A stretch of DNA of 59,081 nucleotides from Thiobacillus sp. (GTDB lineage Bacteria; Pseudomonadota; Gammaproteobacteria; Burkholderiales; Thiobacillaceae): NCBI GenBank assembly GCA_046598305.1, contig JBKJIS010000028.1, positions 1 to 59,081 of the forward strand. Reading direction: 5' to 3'. A program made the position numbers and the translations under genes. Of this stretch, positions 19,379-30,239 are shown one piece after another (the stretch's first letter is position 1; each line of letters opens with the position of its first letter). The notes beneath the pieces are model-generated. The model was not told the origin of the DNA, did no database searches, and saw nothing but the letters and a program-made list of their open reading frames with translations.

Positions 19379-19921
19379 ATGCATGACACAGGCTTCCCGC
19401 CCATCGCCGACGCGCACGCTCAGGTGCTGATCCTCGGCAGCCTGCCCGGTCAGGTTTCGCTGCAGCGGCAGCAATATTACGCTCACCCTCAAAACGCGTT
19501 CTGGAAAATCATGGGCCGGCTTTTCGGCGCAGGCCCGGAATTGCCCTACGCGGAGCGCGTGCAGCGCTTGATGCAAAACGGGATCGCCCTATGGGACGTC
19601 TGCGCCGCTGCGCAACGGCCAGGCAGTCTCGACGCTGCGATCGTGCATGCCAGCGTCGTGCCAAACGACTTCACCGCGTTCATCCAATCTCATCCGAACA
19701 TTGCCTTGATCGGCTTTAACGGCGGCAAAGCAGCCGACCTCTACCGCCGGCTGGTGCTTCCCGGTTTGCCGGCCACCCTCAGCGCCATCCGCACCGAAAC
19801 GCTACCCTCTACCAGCCCGGCTCATGCCACCCTGTCTTTTGATGACAAGCGGGCGCGCTGGGCGGCTGTACTGCAAGCCCAAAAAAATAGACTCGACCTT
19901 TCAAGCGGCTTCACGCATTGA
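19379..19921 (+). CDS. DNA-deoxyinosine glycosylase (UDG superfamily, family 6)
   Basis: LILGSLPG..SL..QQYYAHPQNAFW, LWDV, LPSTSPA. Confidence 0.85.
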   Translation: MHDTGFPPIADAHAQVLILGSLPGQVSLQRQQYYAHPQNAFWKIMGRLFGAGPELPYAERVQRLMQNGIALWDVCAAAQRPGSLDAAIVHASVVPNDFTAFIQSHPNIALIGFNGGKAADLYRRLVLPGLPATLSAIRTETLPSTSPAHATLSFDDKRARWAAVLQAQKNRLDLSSGFTH

Positions 19922-20037
19922 TGCAGCCGCAAACCATTCAAACCTTCGAAATCATGAACACTACGCAAGCCATCCAGCTCGATGCCAGCCATTTCGATGC
20001 CCAGTCCCGTCTAGGGACGAAAACCCGGTCTTCCAGG

Positions 20038-20186
20038 TACTCCAATGCCTTAATCAGGGGGCTAATCGTTGCATAGTGCAAACACACTTCCTTGCTGATT
20101 TCCGCCAGCGTGTAACTGTATTTTAGATGCGCTTGTGCTATCGCATCATTTCGAACGGCCTTTGATTCTGCCGCCCCCACCAGCAA
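20038..20186 (-). pseudogene. Second remnant of the same transposase C-terminal HTH
   Basis: LLVGAAESKAVRNDAIAQAHLKYSYTLAEISKEVCLHYATISPLIKALE; 39/49 aa identical to 10889-11035; inverted orientation. Confidence 0.55.
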
Positions 20187-20248
20187 TGATTTGAAAGCTT
20201 AAGGCTGAGCCAGCCCGTCAGGGCATAGGCTAGTTTCGACAATCCAGT

Positions 20249-20512
20249 TTACTCAGCAGGATCGAGTTCTGCACGTACCGACTCAAGCGCATCCTTGAGT
20301 GTTTCTTCGGACAAGCCGTTGAGTTGTTCAGCAAGCATTTCTGCAGCATCAATGGTATCGGCATCATCAGGCAGACTCTCCGTATCGAGATTGGCGACGA
20401 ATACGGCAGCCGCACCCGTTACCCGCAACAACTGCATACGCTCGTGCATCAGCATTTCTATTTCTTCGCGCAGCAGACGCGCTTCATCTTCCTTCATGGC
20501 TTGCAGGCTCAT
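20249..20512 (-). CDS. Small acidic helical hypothetical protein
   Basis: GGAG RBS, 87 aa, directly downstream of the FIST gene. Confidence 0.7.
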   Translation of the reverse strand: MSLQAMKEDEARLLREEIEMLMHERMQLLRVTGAAAVFVANLDTESLPDDADTIDAAEMLAEQLNGLSEETLKDALESVRAELDPAE

Positions 20513-20536
20513 GCTTGTCTCCGGTTCTAAACTAAC

Positions 20537-21637
20537 TCAGGCAAACAGGGTTAATACCCCGGTGTAGCCATATAAGCGGTTATACGATATCTCACCATTG
20601 GCAAAAAAACCCACCAGCGGAAAATCTCCCAGGGTGTCGCGTATCAGTTCCAGTTCACGGTTGGGAACCCCGAACATATGTTGACCACGCCCCAGGCAGG
20701 AATAATACACGCCACCGCGAATCGGTGCGTCCAGTTGTGAACCGATAGCAACAAGCATTCGCTGCAAATCATCTTCGGCGGTTTGTTGGTCGCGCCGACA
20801 AAACAGTAATTCGTCCCCAGTCTCGACGTATCCCCCAATCGCCACCAGGTTGTTCTGGGGGTCCACGCCCAGGATATTTCGCACCAGATAGTCGCCTGTA
20901 TCCGAACCACGTACCGGCAATCCGACAAAAATGTATCCCGCAGCACGTCGCAAATCACGCGTCAGGACTTCACCGATTTCTTCCTTCATCACATCCAGCG
21001 CAGGGCGGTGATCCAGACTGCCAATCACGTTTTTGTTGGCGGTGGTAATCAGATGGCGCGGACCCAGCGGTGAAACACCTTGAGTCAACCGCGTTGCCAG
21101 CCTCACCTGCTCGCTAAACAGCACTCCGGACAACCCGCCACTGACGACGCCGTCGCTGATCTGCACGTTCTCTCCGTTTGAACTCGACAACCCGCCGACG
21201 ACAAATCCGCTGGACATTTTTTCACTCAGCCCCTCGATCAGTTCCTGAATACGGTTGTTTGAGGGATCACCATGCACTACCGCGAAATATCTGTCCGATG
21301 ACAGTGCGTCCACATCCTGTGGGGTTCGCAACACCGGCAGCATGCTGAAGTCGGCAGGGTTAAACTCGCCCAGCATCACCGCCATCGCAGGCTGTTCAAG
21401 ATACTCCACCCCCGTCGCACAGATTCCCACGCCCACACTGCCTGTCCAATGTTGTACGCCAGTCGCACTTTTAAAGAAATCCAGAATTGCATCGAGCTCG
21501 CCTACGTAAGCATCTGCCACATAGAGAAACCCGAGCGTTGCGGCGGAAGGGATTGCCCCCAACTGATGCATGCACACCTGCGCAGCCTGTGTCCAGTCAG
21601 GGTGTGCGGCGTGTGCCGATTTGAATCGAGAAGTCAT
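20537..21637 (-). CDS. FIST N/C-domain signal-sensing protein
   Basis: GGLSS, LTQGVSPLGP, YLVRNILGVD, YYSCLGRG, GFFANGEI...LYGYTGVL. Confidence 0.85.
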   Translation of the reverse strand: MTSRFKSAHAAHPDWTQAAQVCMHQLGAIPSAATLGFLYVADAYVGELDAILDFFKSATGVQHWTGSVGVGICATGVEYLEQPAMAVMLGEFNPADFSMLPVLRTPQDVDALSSDRYFAVVHGDPSNNRIQELIEGLSEKMSSGFVVGGLSSSNGENVQISDGVVSGGLSGVLFSEQVRLATRLTQGVSPLGPRHLITTANKNVIGSLDHRPALDVMKEEIGEVLTRDLRRAAGYIFVGLPVRGSDTGDYLVRNILGVDPQNNLVAIGGYVETGDELLFCRRDQQTAEDDLQRMLVAIGSQLDAPIRGGVYYSCLGRGQHMFGVPNRELELIRDTLGDFPLVGFFANGEISYNRLYGYTGVLTLFA

Positions 21638-21722
21638 ATTTTCCCAGAACAATGTACGAGGAGGCTGTCATTAACATGAAATAACCAGCCGAAAATAGTT
21701 GATGGCGCCCCCCCGCGAAGCA

Positions 21723-22112
21723 TTAATAGCCAGTTTGACCGCTGCTGGGCAATTCACCTTCACCGAAAAAGTTCCACAACAATTGTGCGACTACTTCAGG
21801 GGCAATCACGGTGTGATGGTTATGCGATTCCTGCAATGCGATCCGCAGTTTTTTGCGCAACTCGGGATCGCCTGTCAGGTCGAAGATGATATCGACTTTT
21901 TCACCCATCGAAACCACTTCAAGTGCATCCTGAAAGACAGGAACCTTGCTTTGACTAAAACCCAGCGCAACAGGCGATTCCAGGTCTCGATGGGCAACTG
22001 CAACAATTTCCACATTGACATGTTCTTCCTGGATTTTTTCCAGAAAATGCTCTGCAAAAACCTCACCCACATCCCCCAAACCCAACAGTGCCACTTTGAC
22101 TACAGTGCTCAT
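21723..22112 (-). CDS. Stand-alone Rossmann-like NAD-binding protein (homoserine dehydrogenase N-terminal-like)
   Basis: VKVALLGLGDVG, VDIIFDLTG; RBS GAGGAG; 129 aa. Confidence 0.7.
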   Translation of the reverse strand: MSTVVKVALLGLGDVGEVFAEHFLEKIQEEHVNVEIVAVAHRDLESPVALGFSQSKVPVFQDALEVVSMGEKVDIIFDLTGDPELRKKLRIALQESHNHHTVIAPEVVAQLLWNFFGEGELPSSGQTGY

Positions 22113-22350
22113 ATCACGACTCCTCATATCATCATTGTTAGAAACGGCTGACTCGATTATTGCTGTTCATACACCCGACCCAAACCATCGGGACACGGAC
22201 CGGGCATATACTGAGCGTACATGAAGCATACGTACCCTCTCAGTGCATGTCGATACTGTTGAGCGCGCATATTCCACATTCATCAAGCGACACCCGCCTG
22301 ACGAGCGCGGCGATACAATCCGAACTCACGTTTCCGTACGAAAGATCATA

Positions 22351-23307
22351 TTGAATACCACGCTGCACCCCCCAATCATCCCTTATGCCAGCGGCATGCT
22401 GAAAATGACGGGGGGTCACTGTATTTACTGGGAAACCTCGGGCAACCCCGATGGAATCCCGGTGTTGTTTGTGCATGGTGGGCCGGGCTCAGGCACCTCG
22501 CCCAGCCAGAGACGTTTTTTTGACCCCGCACGCTACCGGATCATTCTGTTTGACCAGCGCGGCAGTGGTCGCTCCACCCCGCACGGCGATCTGACCGACA
22601 ACACCACACCCCATTTGATCGCGGATATGGAAGCGCTGCGACACAAACTCAGCATTGAAACCTGGCTGGTATTTGGCGGCTCGTGGGGTTCTACACTTGC
22701 ACTCGCTTATGCCGAATCCCATCCCGCGCATTGCCGCGGACTGGTTCTACGCGGCATTTTCTTATGCCGGAAAAGCGAGATCGACTGGTTTCTGGAGGGC
22801 ATCCGCGCTTTTTTCCCCGAGGCGCAGCGGCTATTGGCTGAACATATTCCCATCAACGAACGTCATGACTTGCTCACGGCATTCCATCGTCGTCTCGTCG
22901 ATCCCGATCCGAGTGTGCACCAACCGGCTGCCTATCGGTGGTCGACCTTTGAGGCATCGTGCTCTACCCTGCTGCCCAATCCCGATCTGGTTTCTGCGTT
23001 TGGCAGCGAAAAAACGGCACTCTCGCTGTCGCGCATCGAGGCACATTATTTTGTGAACAACATCTTTCTGCCCGACAACAGCCTGCTCGACAATATTGAC
23101 CGTATTCGTCACATCCCCGCCATCATCGTTCAAGGGCGTTACGATGCCGTCTGCCCAATCGTGTCGGCCGACGAACTGGCGCGCGCCTGGCCAGAAGCCC
23201 GCTATGTGATTGTTCCAGATTCGGGCCATTCGGCATTCGAGCCCGGCATTGCGCGCGCGCTCGTGGCGGCCACCGCCACCTTTGCACTCACTGGACACTT
23301 CGCCTGA
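22351..23307 (+). CDS. pip: Proline iminopeptidase
   Basis: HGGPGSG, FDQRGSGRS, VFGGSWGSTL, LRGIFL, QGRYD, GHSAFE; start uncertain (TTG). Confidence 0.9.
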   Translation: MNTTLHPPIIPYASGMLKMTGGHCIYWETSGNPDGIPVLFVHGGPGSGTSPSQRRFFDPARYRIILFDQRGSGRSTPHGDLTDNTTPHLIADMEALRHKLSIETWLVFGGSWGSTLALAYAESHPAHCRGLVLRGIFLCRKSEIDWFLEGIRAFFPEAQRLLAEHIPINERHDLLTAFHRRLVDPDPSVHQPAAYRWSTFEASCSTLLPNPDLVSAFGSEKTALSLSRIEAHYFVNNIFLPDNSLLDNIDRIRHIPAIIVQGRYDAVCPIVSADELARAWPEARYVIVPDSGHSAFEPGIARALVAATATFALTGHFA

Positions 23308-23308
23308 C

Positions 23309-24172
23309 ATGACGCTTTCTCCCCATGTATTCGATGCCACTGCGGAAAATTTCAACCGCCTGGCGCTTGAAAACTCGCACAAAGGTCCGGTGCTGGTGCA
23401 CTTCTGGACGCCCAAGGCGGGGCCTTGCTTCATACTGATGCCACGGCTGGTCAAACTCGCAGCCGAATATGGCGGCAAGTTTCTGCTCGTCATGCTGAAT
23501 ACAGATGAACTTCCCGAACTGGCGCGGCGCTTTAGTGTGAACTCCGTACCCACCGTCAAGTTTTTCTGGCGCGGCGAGGTCGCCCACACCATTCATGGCG
23601 CCGACCCCGATAGCAGTTTTCGTGAGGTGCTCGACCGGTTTATTGCTGGCGACGCCAACCGCGCCCATGCGCTCGGCGTGGCAGCCTGGCAGGCAGGTAA
23701 CATTCAGCAAGCCCGCATGTTGCTCGCCAACGCGGCCATGGCCGAACCCGAAAACCTCGCTATTCCACGCGATCTGGCCAAGCTGTTGTGGGCCGAAGGT
23801 GACGGCGAACAAGCATTAAAATTGCTCAACAGCCTGCCCCCTGATGCCCGTGGCGAACCCGAGATCGCCCGGCTTTATACGCACCTCACCCTGGCCGAAA
23901 CTGCCCGACTGGCGCCCCCGCTAGCCGAACTCGATGCGCGGCTGGCACAGCACCCGGAAGATCTCGCCGCGCAGTTTCAGCGCGCAGCGTGTTTACTGGC
24001 AACTGACGATTTCGCAGGCGCAATGGAAACCTTACTGCACATCACCCGCACGGACCGAAACTTCCGCCACGACATCGGCCGCCTCAGCCTGCTGGCGTTA
24101 TTCGATTTGCTAGGCAGCACCCATCCGCTAACCCGACAATACCGTCAAGCCTTGTCCGAATCCTTGCATTGA
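23309..24172 (+). CDS. Thioredoxin + TPR chaperedoxin (CnoX/YbbN-like)
   Basis: PVLVHFWTPKAGPC (one Cys only) followed by TPR-like helices ending YRQALSESLH. Confidence 0.8.
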   Translation: MTLSPHVFDATAENFNRLALENSHKGPVLVHFWTPKAGPCFILMPRLVKLAAEYGGKFLLVMLNTDELPELARRFSVNSVPTVKFFWRGEVAHTIHGADPDSSFREVLDRFIAGDANRAHALGVAAWQAGNIQQARMLLANAAMAEPENLAIPRDLAKLLWAEGDGEQALKLLNSLPPDARGEPEIARLYTHLTLAETARLAPPLAELDARLAQHPEDLAAQFQRAACLLATDDFAGAMETLLHITRTDRNFRHDIGRLSLLALFDLLGSTHPLTRQYRQALSESLH

Positions 24173-24918
24173 AATTTTCCCACCCCGCCTTTGCGCCTTA
24201 TCGCGGATTAATCCAGGGCCTGGCGCTGGAGTCTGCGCTGCCGTCATTGGACCAAATCAACCTGCTGGCAGCAGCTCAAGGCACAACCCAGGCGCACGGA
24301 TTGCCGCTCCGATTCATTTCCCCTGACGGTCGCCTGTCCGCGCGCGAATACGAAACGCATATTCTGCACACAGGTCAGGTACCCACGCGCGCCGATACCT
24401 GGCACGACGTACTCAATGCGCTGGTGTGGTTGCGCTTTCCCCGCTTTAAATCAGCCCTCAATATGGCGCATGGTGAAGCGCTCATCACTGAAATAAGCAA
24501 CCAACGGGGCCGCCGCCGCGATGCGATGACCGTATTGGACGAATCAGGGGTGTGGGTGATCAGCCAGAATCCGCATTTGTCCGAACTGCTGACTGCGTGC
24601 GCCTGGCAGACGCTATTCTGCGAACACCGTCCGGACGTCGAGTCCATGATGCATTTTGTGGTGCTGGGACATGCGCTACTGGAAAAAGCGCTGGCGCCCT
24701 ATCCCTCGATGACTGGCAAGTGCCTGATTTTAAATTCGCCGACACTTGACCCGGACTCGGTGGAACAACAGGCGGTTAAAACACTCGGTTCGATAGCATC
24801 GCCCCAACAGCTCTCACCATTGCCGATTCAAGGCATCCCAGGATGGGATGCTGAGAATGCAGACGATGCGTATTACGCCAATCAGAAGATATTTCGACCG
24901 CGTGCTGCGGTTTTATAG
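24169..24918 (+). CDS. DUF3025 domain protein
   Basis: YE.HI..TGQVPTR..WHD.LNALVW..FP..K, RDA.T..DESG, GHALLEK, PLP..GIPGW. Confidence 0.8.
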   Translation: MKFSHPAFAPYRGLIQGLALESALPSLDQINLLAAAQGTTQAHGLPLRFISPDGRLSAREYETHILHTGQVPTRADTWHDVLNALVWLRFPRFKSALNMAHGEALITEISNQRGRRRDAMTVLDESGVWVISQNPHLSELLTACAWQTLFCEHRPDVESMMHFVVLGHALLEKALAPYPSMTGKCLILNSPTLDPDSVEQQAVKTLGSIASPQQLSPLPIQGIPGWDAENADDAYYANQKIFRPRAAVL

Positions 24919-24945
24919 CGTCCCGCAGACCCGCTACAGCACGTA

Positions 24946-25314
24946 TCAACGCACTGCGGCGGGCAATTCGTCTTCCGCCACCCAGGCCTGCGCAGTCTCC
25001 AGTTCATCAAACTGGTTAATGTCGGCGGACATGAACAGGCGATTGATCCACATGCTCCAGGCCACCCACTGATCGCCGGTCAGAATGGCTATGCGGCCAA
25101 AATCATTTCTATGCTCGCGTGAAAACTTGAGTTCTTCCCACGCAACATCCACGCTGTAAGACAACATGTCCCGCAAGTCGAACAGCACATTGACCGTTCC
25201 CTTGAACTGGATGCCATAGCATACCGCCTGTTCAAACTCGCGGTAATCCTCCAGCGTGAACTGGCCCATGACGGATACGGCGATCTGGTTGTTATTGACA
25301 TCAAGCTTGATCAT
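24946..25314 (-). CDS. STAS/SEC14 (SpoIIAA-like) domain protein
   Basis: LFDLRDM..Y.VDVAWEELKF..H..DFGRIAI. Confidence 0.8.
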   Translation of the reverse strand: MIKLDVNNNQIAVSVMGQFTLEDYREFEQAVCYGIQFKGTVNVLFDLRDMLSYSVDVAWEELKFSREHRNDFGRIAILTGDQWVAWSMWINRLFMSADINQFDELETAQAWVAEDELPAAVR

Positions 25315-25351
25315 GTAATTCCCCTCTAGCGAATAAGCGAACTATAGCGAA

Positions 25352-26218
25352 CTATTGCGAATCAACGTGCCCAGGCGTAGAGGCACGCACTGCCCATACC
25401 CCGGCCAGCGCCACCACCGCCATACCAATCCAGGCTTGCAGGGGTAATCGCTCGCCAAACAACAGCACCCCATATATGGCCGAAAATCCCACGGTTGTAT
25501 AGGCCAGCGCCCCCACGATAAGCGTGCGGCCGCGATGATAAGCCCGGGTCAGTGCCAGCTGCGCCAGTGTGGCCGACACCCCAATGCCAATCAGCCAAGG
25601 CCAGTCTTCGGCACGCGGCTGATGAAAACCCGCAACCAGCATCCACGCACCGCCCCCCAGTGTCGCCAGCAAGGTGAAATAAAACACTACCCGCCATTCT
25701 GGCTCACCCAACTTGCCGAGTTGCTTGACGTTGACGTAGGCCACCGCCGCCAGCATGCCCGAAACCAATCCGGCCAGCGCAGGCAACCAGTCCTGTCCCT
25801 GCACTTGAGGGCGGAGCAATAACACGATGCCGACAAATCCCAGCAGCACCGCGCCCACCAACCCACGCCCATGACGCTCATGCAGCCACCATGCAGATAA
25901 AGCAGCCAGAAACAACGGTGCCGTGTAGTTGAGGGTGACGGCTGTGGCCAACGGCAATCGCGCAATCGCATAGAAAAACAGAACCAGCGCAGTAAAGCCC
26001 GATAGACCGCGCCAGAAATGGGCGCGCAACTGCCGCGTCACCAGCGGCGCCAGCCACTGACGACGTGTGGATGCGATCATGACCCAAATTGAAACCAGCC
26101 CGAATACCGATCGATAAAACACCAGTTCTGCAGGCGAAAAGGTGCTTGAAAGATGCTTGACCTGCATACTCATGAGGGCAAAAAGCGCTGCTGCAACCAG
26201 CATCCAGCTTGATTTCAT
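25352..26218 (-). CDS. DMT/EamA family transporter
   Basis: About 10 hydrophobic segments; LPLATAVTLNYTAPLF; AQLALTRAY. Confidence 0.85.
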   Translation of the reverse strand: MKSSWMLVAAALFALMSMQVKHLSSTFSPAELVFYRSVFGLVSIWVMIASTRRQWLAPLVTRQLRAHFWRGLSGFTALVLFFYAIARLPLATAVTLNYTAPLFLAALSAWWLHERHGRGLVGAVLLGFVGIVLLLRPQVQGQDWLPALAGLVSGMLAAVAYVNVKQLGKLGEPEWRVVFYFTLLATLGGGAWMLVAGFHQPRAEDWPWLIGIGVSATLAQLALTRAYHRGRTLIVGALAYTTVGFSAIYGVLLFGERLPLQAWIGMAVVALAGVWAVRASTPGHVDSQ

Positions 26219-26245
26219 CGGAAACAGTTCATTGAAGGGTCTTCA

Positions 26246-26325
26246 GGGTACCTCTAAAAATTCAGAAATATTGTCGATAGGCGACTTCACCGGGGAGGCG
26301 CCCCTGCTCTGAATTTGTTAAAGTA
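26246..26325. repeat. Decayed copy of MITE family A
   Basis: GGGTACCTCTAAAAATTCAGA (26246-26266) matches the family A terminal repeat; degenerate opposite end TCTGAATTT at 26308-26316. Confidence 0.55.
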
Positions 26326-26355
26326 ACGCGCTTTGCTTCTGCCAGATTGCATTCC

Positions 26356-26598
26356 ATGGCCAAATCCCGCGCCGCAACGCCCCCAAAAGACTATGAATCC
26401 GCCGTGGCGGAGCTGGACTCCATTGTCGGCGAAATGGAGTCGGGCCAACTGCCGCTTGAAGCTTCACTCGCCGCCTATAAGCGCGGCGCAGTATTGTTGC
26501 ACTACTGCCGCCAGCAGCTAAGCGAAGCGGAGCAGCAGGTGAAGATTCTGGAAAATGGCACGCTCCAGCCTTTCAAGACTGATGACATCGATGACTGA
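26356..26598 (+). CDS. xseB: Exodeoxyribonuclease VII small subunit
   Basis: YESAVAELDSIV..MESGQLPLE.SL.AY.RG; position upstream of ispA-dxs. Confidence 0.92.
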   Translation: MAKSRAATPPKDYESAVAELDSIVGEMESGQLPLEASLAAYKRGAVLLHYCRQQLSEAEQQVKILENGTLQPFKTDDIDD

Positions 26599-27478
26599 TT
26601 TCTCAGCCTGGACACAGGCATGCCAAGCACGTATGGAAAACACACTGGCCGAGTGCCTTCCCCTGGCCAGCATTACCCCACAGCGCCTGCACGAAGCCAT
26701 GCGTTACGCGGTACTGGGCGGGGGTAAACGGGTGCGGCCGTTGCTGGCTTTTGCCGCAGGCGAAGTGACAGGCGCCGATGCAAATCGAGTGCAACATGCC
26801 GCAGCCGCAGTCGAGCTGATTCATGCTTATTCGCTGGTACACGACGACATGCCGGCGATGGACAACGATGCCTTGCGGCGTGGCAAACCCACGGTGCATG
26901 TGGAATTTGACGAAGCCACCGCACTGTTGGTGGGCGACGCCTTGCAAAGCCTGGCATTCGACATTCTCACCGCGCAGCCACTGTCCGACGATCCTGCAAC
27001 CCAACTGAACATGGTGCACCTGCTGGCACTGGCCGCCGGCTCGCGCGGTATGGCCGGCGGTCAGGCGATCGATCTTGCCAGCATCGGCAAGCCCCTCGAC
27101 CTGACCGAACTCGAATTCATGCACATCCACAAAACGGGTGCGCTGATTCGGGCGTCAGTGTTGCTGGGCGCGCAGTGCGGCACGGTTGACGCAGCCACCA
27201 CAGCCGCATTGGATCACTATGCCAAGTGCATCGGCCTTGCCTTCCAGGTGGTGGACGACATACTCGACGCCGAAGCGCCCACTGCAACACTCGGCAAAAC
27301 CGCCGGCAAGGACGCCGCCGACAACAAGCCCACTTATGTCAGCCTGCTTGGCGTGGTGCGTGCGCGCGAACTGGCGCAGGAACTGCGCACCGATGCACAC
27401 AAGGCGCTGGCCCATCTGGGTACACCGGCCGAACGTTTACGCCAGCTGGCTGATTTCGTCGTCGAGCGTTCGTTTTAA
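26591..27478 (+). CDS. ispA: Farnesyl diphosphate synthase
   Basis: [35 protein letters not shown]. Confidence 0.93.
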   Translation: MTDFSAWTQACQARMENTLAECLPLASITPQRLHEAMRYAVLGGGKRVRPLLAFAAGEVTGADANRVQHAAAAVELIHAYSLVHDDMPAMDNDALRRGKPTVHVEFDEATALLVGDALQSLAFDILTAQPLSDDPATQLNMVHLLALAAGSRGMAGGQAIDLASIGKPLDLTELEFMHIHKTGALIRASVLLGAQCGTVDAATTAALDHYAKCIGLAFQVVDDILDAEAPTATLGKTAGKDAADNKPTYVSLLGVVRARELAQELRTDAHKALAHLGTPAERLRQLADFVVERSF

Positions 27479-29334
27479 TGCACACGCCACTGCTCGACAC
27501 CCTCCACTTTCCAGACGACCTGCGAGCCTTGTCACCCGACGTGCTGCCGCAGTTGGCTGTCGAACTGCGCGAATTTCTGGTGGATTCGGTTGCGCAAACG
27601 GGGGGACATCTGGCGTCCAATCTTGGCACGGTGGAGCTGACGCTCGCGCTGCATTACATCTTCGACACGCCCAACGACCGCATCGTGTGGGATGTAGGCC
27701 ACCAGACCTATATCCACAAAATTCTGACGGGACGTCGTGAGGCCATGGCCCATCTGCGCCAGCCCGGCGGCATTGCAGGATTCCCACGCCGCGCTGAAAG
27801 CGAATTTGACGCCTTTGGCGCCGGCCACTCCAGCACCTCGATTTCAGCCGCGCTGGGTATGGCAGAGGCCTTCCGCCAGCTGGGTTCCGGGCAGCGCGCC
27901 GTGGCAGTAATCGGTGACGGTGCAATGACCGCCGGCATGGCGTTCGAGGCCTTGAATAACGCCGGCGACACCGACCTGCCCTTGCTGGTGGTGCTGAACG
28001 ACAACGACATGTCGATTTCGCCCAATGTCGGTGCCTTGAAAAATTATCTGGCACGGCTGATGTCGGGCAAATTTTATGCGGCTGCCCGTCGTGCCGGCGA
28101 TAAAGTGTTGTCAGTCGCACCGCCCATCCGCGAGTTCGCCAAGCGCGCCGAGGAGCACATGAAAGGCATGGTGACGCCCGGCACGCTGTTCGAGGAATTC
28201 GGCTTCAACTACATCGGCCCGATCGACGGTCACGACCTCGACGTGCTGCTGGACACGCTCTCCAACATCAAGCAACTCGACGGCCCGCAGTTTCTGCATG
28301 TCGTCACCCGCAAGGGCAAAGGCTACGCACCGGCCGAAGCCAACCCTTGCCTTTATCACGGCGTGTCGCGCTTCGATCCTGCTGTCGGCGTGATCGAAAA
28401 AACCGGCGGCAAACCCACCTACACCCAAGTGTTTGGCGACTGGCTGTGCGACATGGCAGCTGCAGATGCCCGGCTGGTCGGCATCACGCCGGCCATGCGC
28501 GAAGGCTCGGGCATGGTGCGTTTTTCGAAAGACTTCCCCAAGCGATACTTCGACGTGGGTATCGCCGAGCAACACGCGCTGACCTTTGCCGCCGGCCTCG
28601 CTTGCGAAGGCATCAAACCGGTGGTGGCGATATATTCGACCTTCCTACAGCGCGCCTACGATCAACTGATACACGACATTGCACTGCAAGACCTGCCGGT
28701 GATGTTGGCCATCGATCGCGCCGGGCTGGTAGGTGCCGACGGTCCGACCCACGCTGGCAGCTTCGATCTCAGCTACCTGCGCTGCATCCCCAACATGCTG
28801 ATTGCCGCGCCTTCCGACGAAAACGAATGCCGCCGCTTACTGACCACCGCGTTCTTGCACAAGGGCCCGTCGGCAGTGCGTTATCCACGCGGCAGCGGGT
28901 CGGGCGCGGCGATCGAGCCCGGCCTCGAACCGGTCGAAATCGGCAAGGGCGTACTGCGCCGCAGTGGCCAGGACGTCGCCTTCATCGCCTTTGGCAGCCT
29001 GGTTGCACCCGCCATGGTGGCCGCCGAAGCGCTTGATGCCAGCGTGGCTGACATGCGCTTCGTCAAACCGCTAGACGTGGGCCTGCTGAGCGAACTGGCA
29101 CAGCGCCATAGACTGTTGGTCACGCTGGAAGAAAACGCAGTGGCAGGCGGTGCCGGTGCTGGCGTGGCCGAAGCATTGGCCGCCTTGGGCATGACCACGC
29201 CCGTGCTTCAACTCGGCCTGCCCGACACCTTCATCGAACACGGCGACCCGGCCCGCATGCTGGCCGATTGCGGGCTGGATGCAGCGGGCATCGAACGCAC
29301 CGTTCGCCAGCGGATAACCCTATTACCCGAGTAG
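27478..29334 (+). CDS. dxs: 1-deoxy-D-xylulose-5-phosphate synthase
   Basis: [43 protein letters not shown]. Confidence 0.97.
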   Translation: MHTPLLDTLHFPDDLRALSPDVLPQLAVELREFLVDSVAQTGGHLASNLGTVELTLALHYIFDTPNDRIVWDVGHQTYIHKILTGRREAMAHLRQPGGIAGFPRRAESEFDAFGAGHSSTSISAALGMAEAFRQLGSGQRAVAVIGDGAMTAGMAFEALNNAGDTDLPLLVVLNDNDMSISPNVGALKNYLARLMSGKFYAAARRAGDKVLSVAPPIREFAKRAEEHMKGMVTPGTLFEEFGFNYIGPIDGHDLDVLLDTLSNIKQLDGPQFLHVVTRKGKGYAPAEANPCLYHGVSRFDPAVGVIEKTGGKPTYTQVFGDWLCDMAAADARLVGITPAMREGSGMVRFSKDFPKRYFDVGIAEQHALTFAAGLACEGIKPVVAIYSTFLQRAYDQLIHDIALQDLPVMLAIDRAGLVGADGPTHAGSFDLSYLRCIPNMLIAAPSDENECRRLLTTAFLHKGPSAVRYPRGSGSGAAIEPGLEPVEIGKGVLRRSGQDVAFIAFGSLVAPAMVAAEALDASVADMRFVKPLDVGLLSELAQRHRLLVTLEENAVAGGAGAGVAEALAALGMTTPVLQLGLPDTFIEHGDPARMLADCGLDAAGIERTVRQRITLLPE

Positions 29335-29398
29335 TTTACTCAACTATTCCGACAGTTTATACTCAGTCTAAACTGTACAACCACATCAGGAGCCTGCC

Positions 29399-30202
29399 AT
29401 GAACCAGATTTGCGACCCCGTCAGCATGCCGGACGTACAAAGCTCGGCTGACACAAGGGAAATCGCCATCGACAAGGTGGGCATCAAGAGCATTCGTCAC
29501 CCCGTACGCGTGGCCGACAAGAGTGATGGCGTTCAGCATACGATCGCCAACTTCAACATGTATGTGTACCTGCCCCACAACTTCAAGGGCACGCACATGT
29601 CGCGTTTCATCGAAATTCTCAACACGCGCGAGCGTGAGATTTCGGTCGAGAACTTCGAAGGCATGCTGCGTCAGATGGTCGAGCGCCTGGAAGCTGAGTC
29701 AGGCTACATTGAAATGTCCTTCCCCTACTTCATCAACAAATCCGCGCCGGTTTCCGGCGTGCAGAGCCTGCTGGATTACGAAGTCACCTTCATTGGCGCC
29801 ATCGAAAAAGGCCAGTTCACCCACACCACCAAGGTCGTGGTGCCGGTGACCAGCCTGTGTCCCTGCTCAAAGAAAATCGCCGAATATGGCGCGCATAACC
29901 AGCGCTCACACGTCACCGTTACAGCAAGAACCAACGGTTTTCTGTGGGTTGAAGACTTGGTCCGCAAAGTCGAAGACCAGGCCTCGTGCGAACTTTTCGG
30001 TCTACTGAAGCGCCCGGACGAGAAATACGTCACCGAGCGCGCCTATGACAATCCGAAATTCGTTGAAGACATCGTGCGTGACGTTGCTGCGGCGATGAAC
30101 GCCGAATCGCTGATCGACGCCTACGTGGTCGAAGCGGAGAACTTTGAGTCGATTCATAACCATAGCGCCTATGCACTGATCGAACGCGACAAAACCCGAT
30201 AA
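29399..30202 (+). CDS. folE2: GTP cyclohydrolase FolE2 (type IB)
   Basis: [35 protein letters not shown]. Confidence 0.95.
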   Translation: MNQICDPVSMPDVQSSADTREIAIDKVGIKSIRHPVRVADKSDGVQHTIANFNMYVYLPHNFKGTHMSRFIEILNTREREISVENFEGMLRQMVERLEAESGYIEMSFPYFINKSAPVSGVQSLLDYEVTFIGAIEKGQFTHTTKVVVPVTSLCPCSKKIAEYGAHNQRSHVTVTARTNGFLWVEDLVRKVEDQASCELFGLLKRPDEKYVTERAYDNPKFVEDIVRDVAAAMNAESLIDAYVVEAENFESIHNHSAYALIERDKTR

Positions 30203-30239
30203 ACCCCACGCGTTAAGGCTTGGCTGGTAGCGTTGCACG

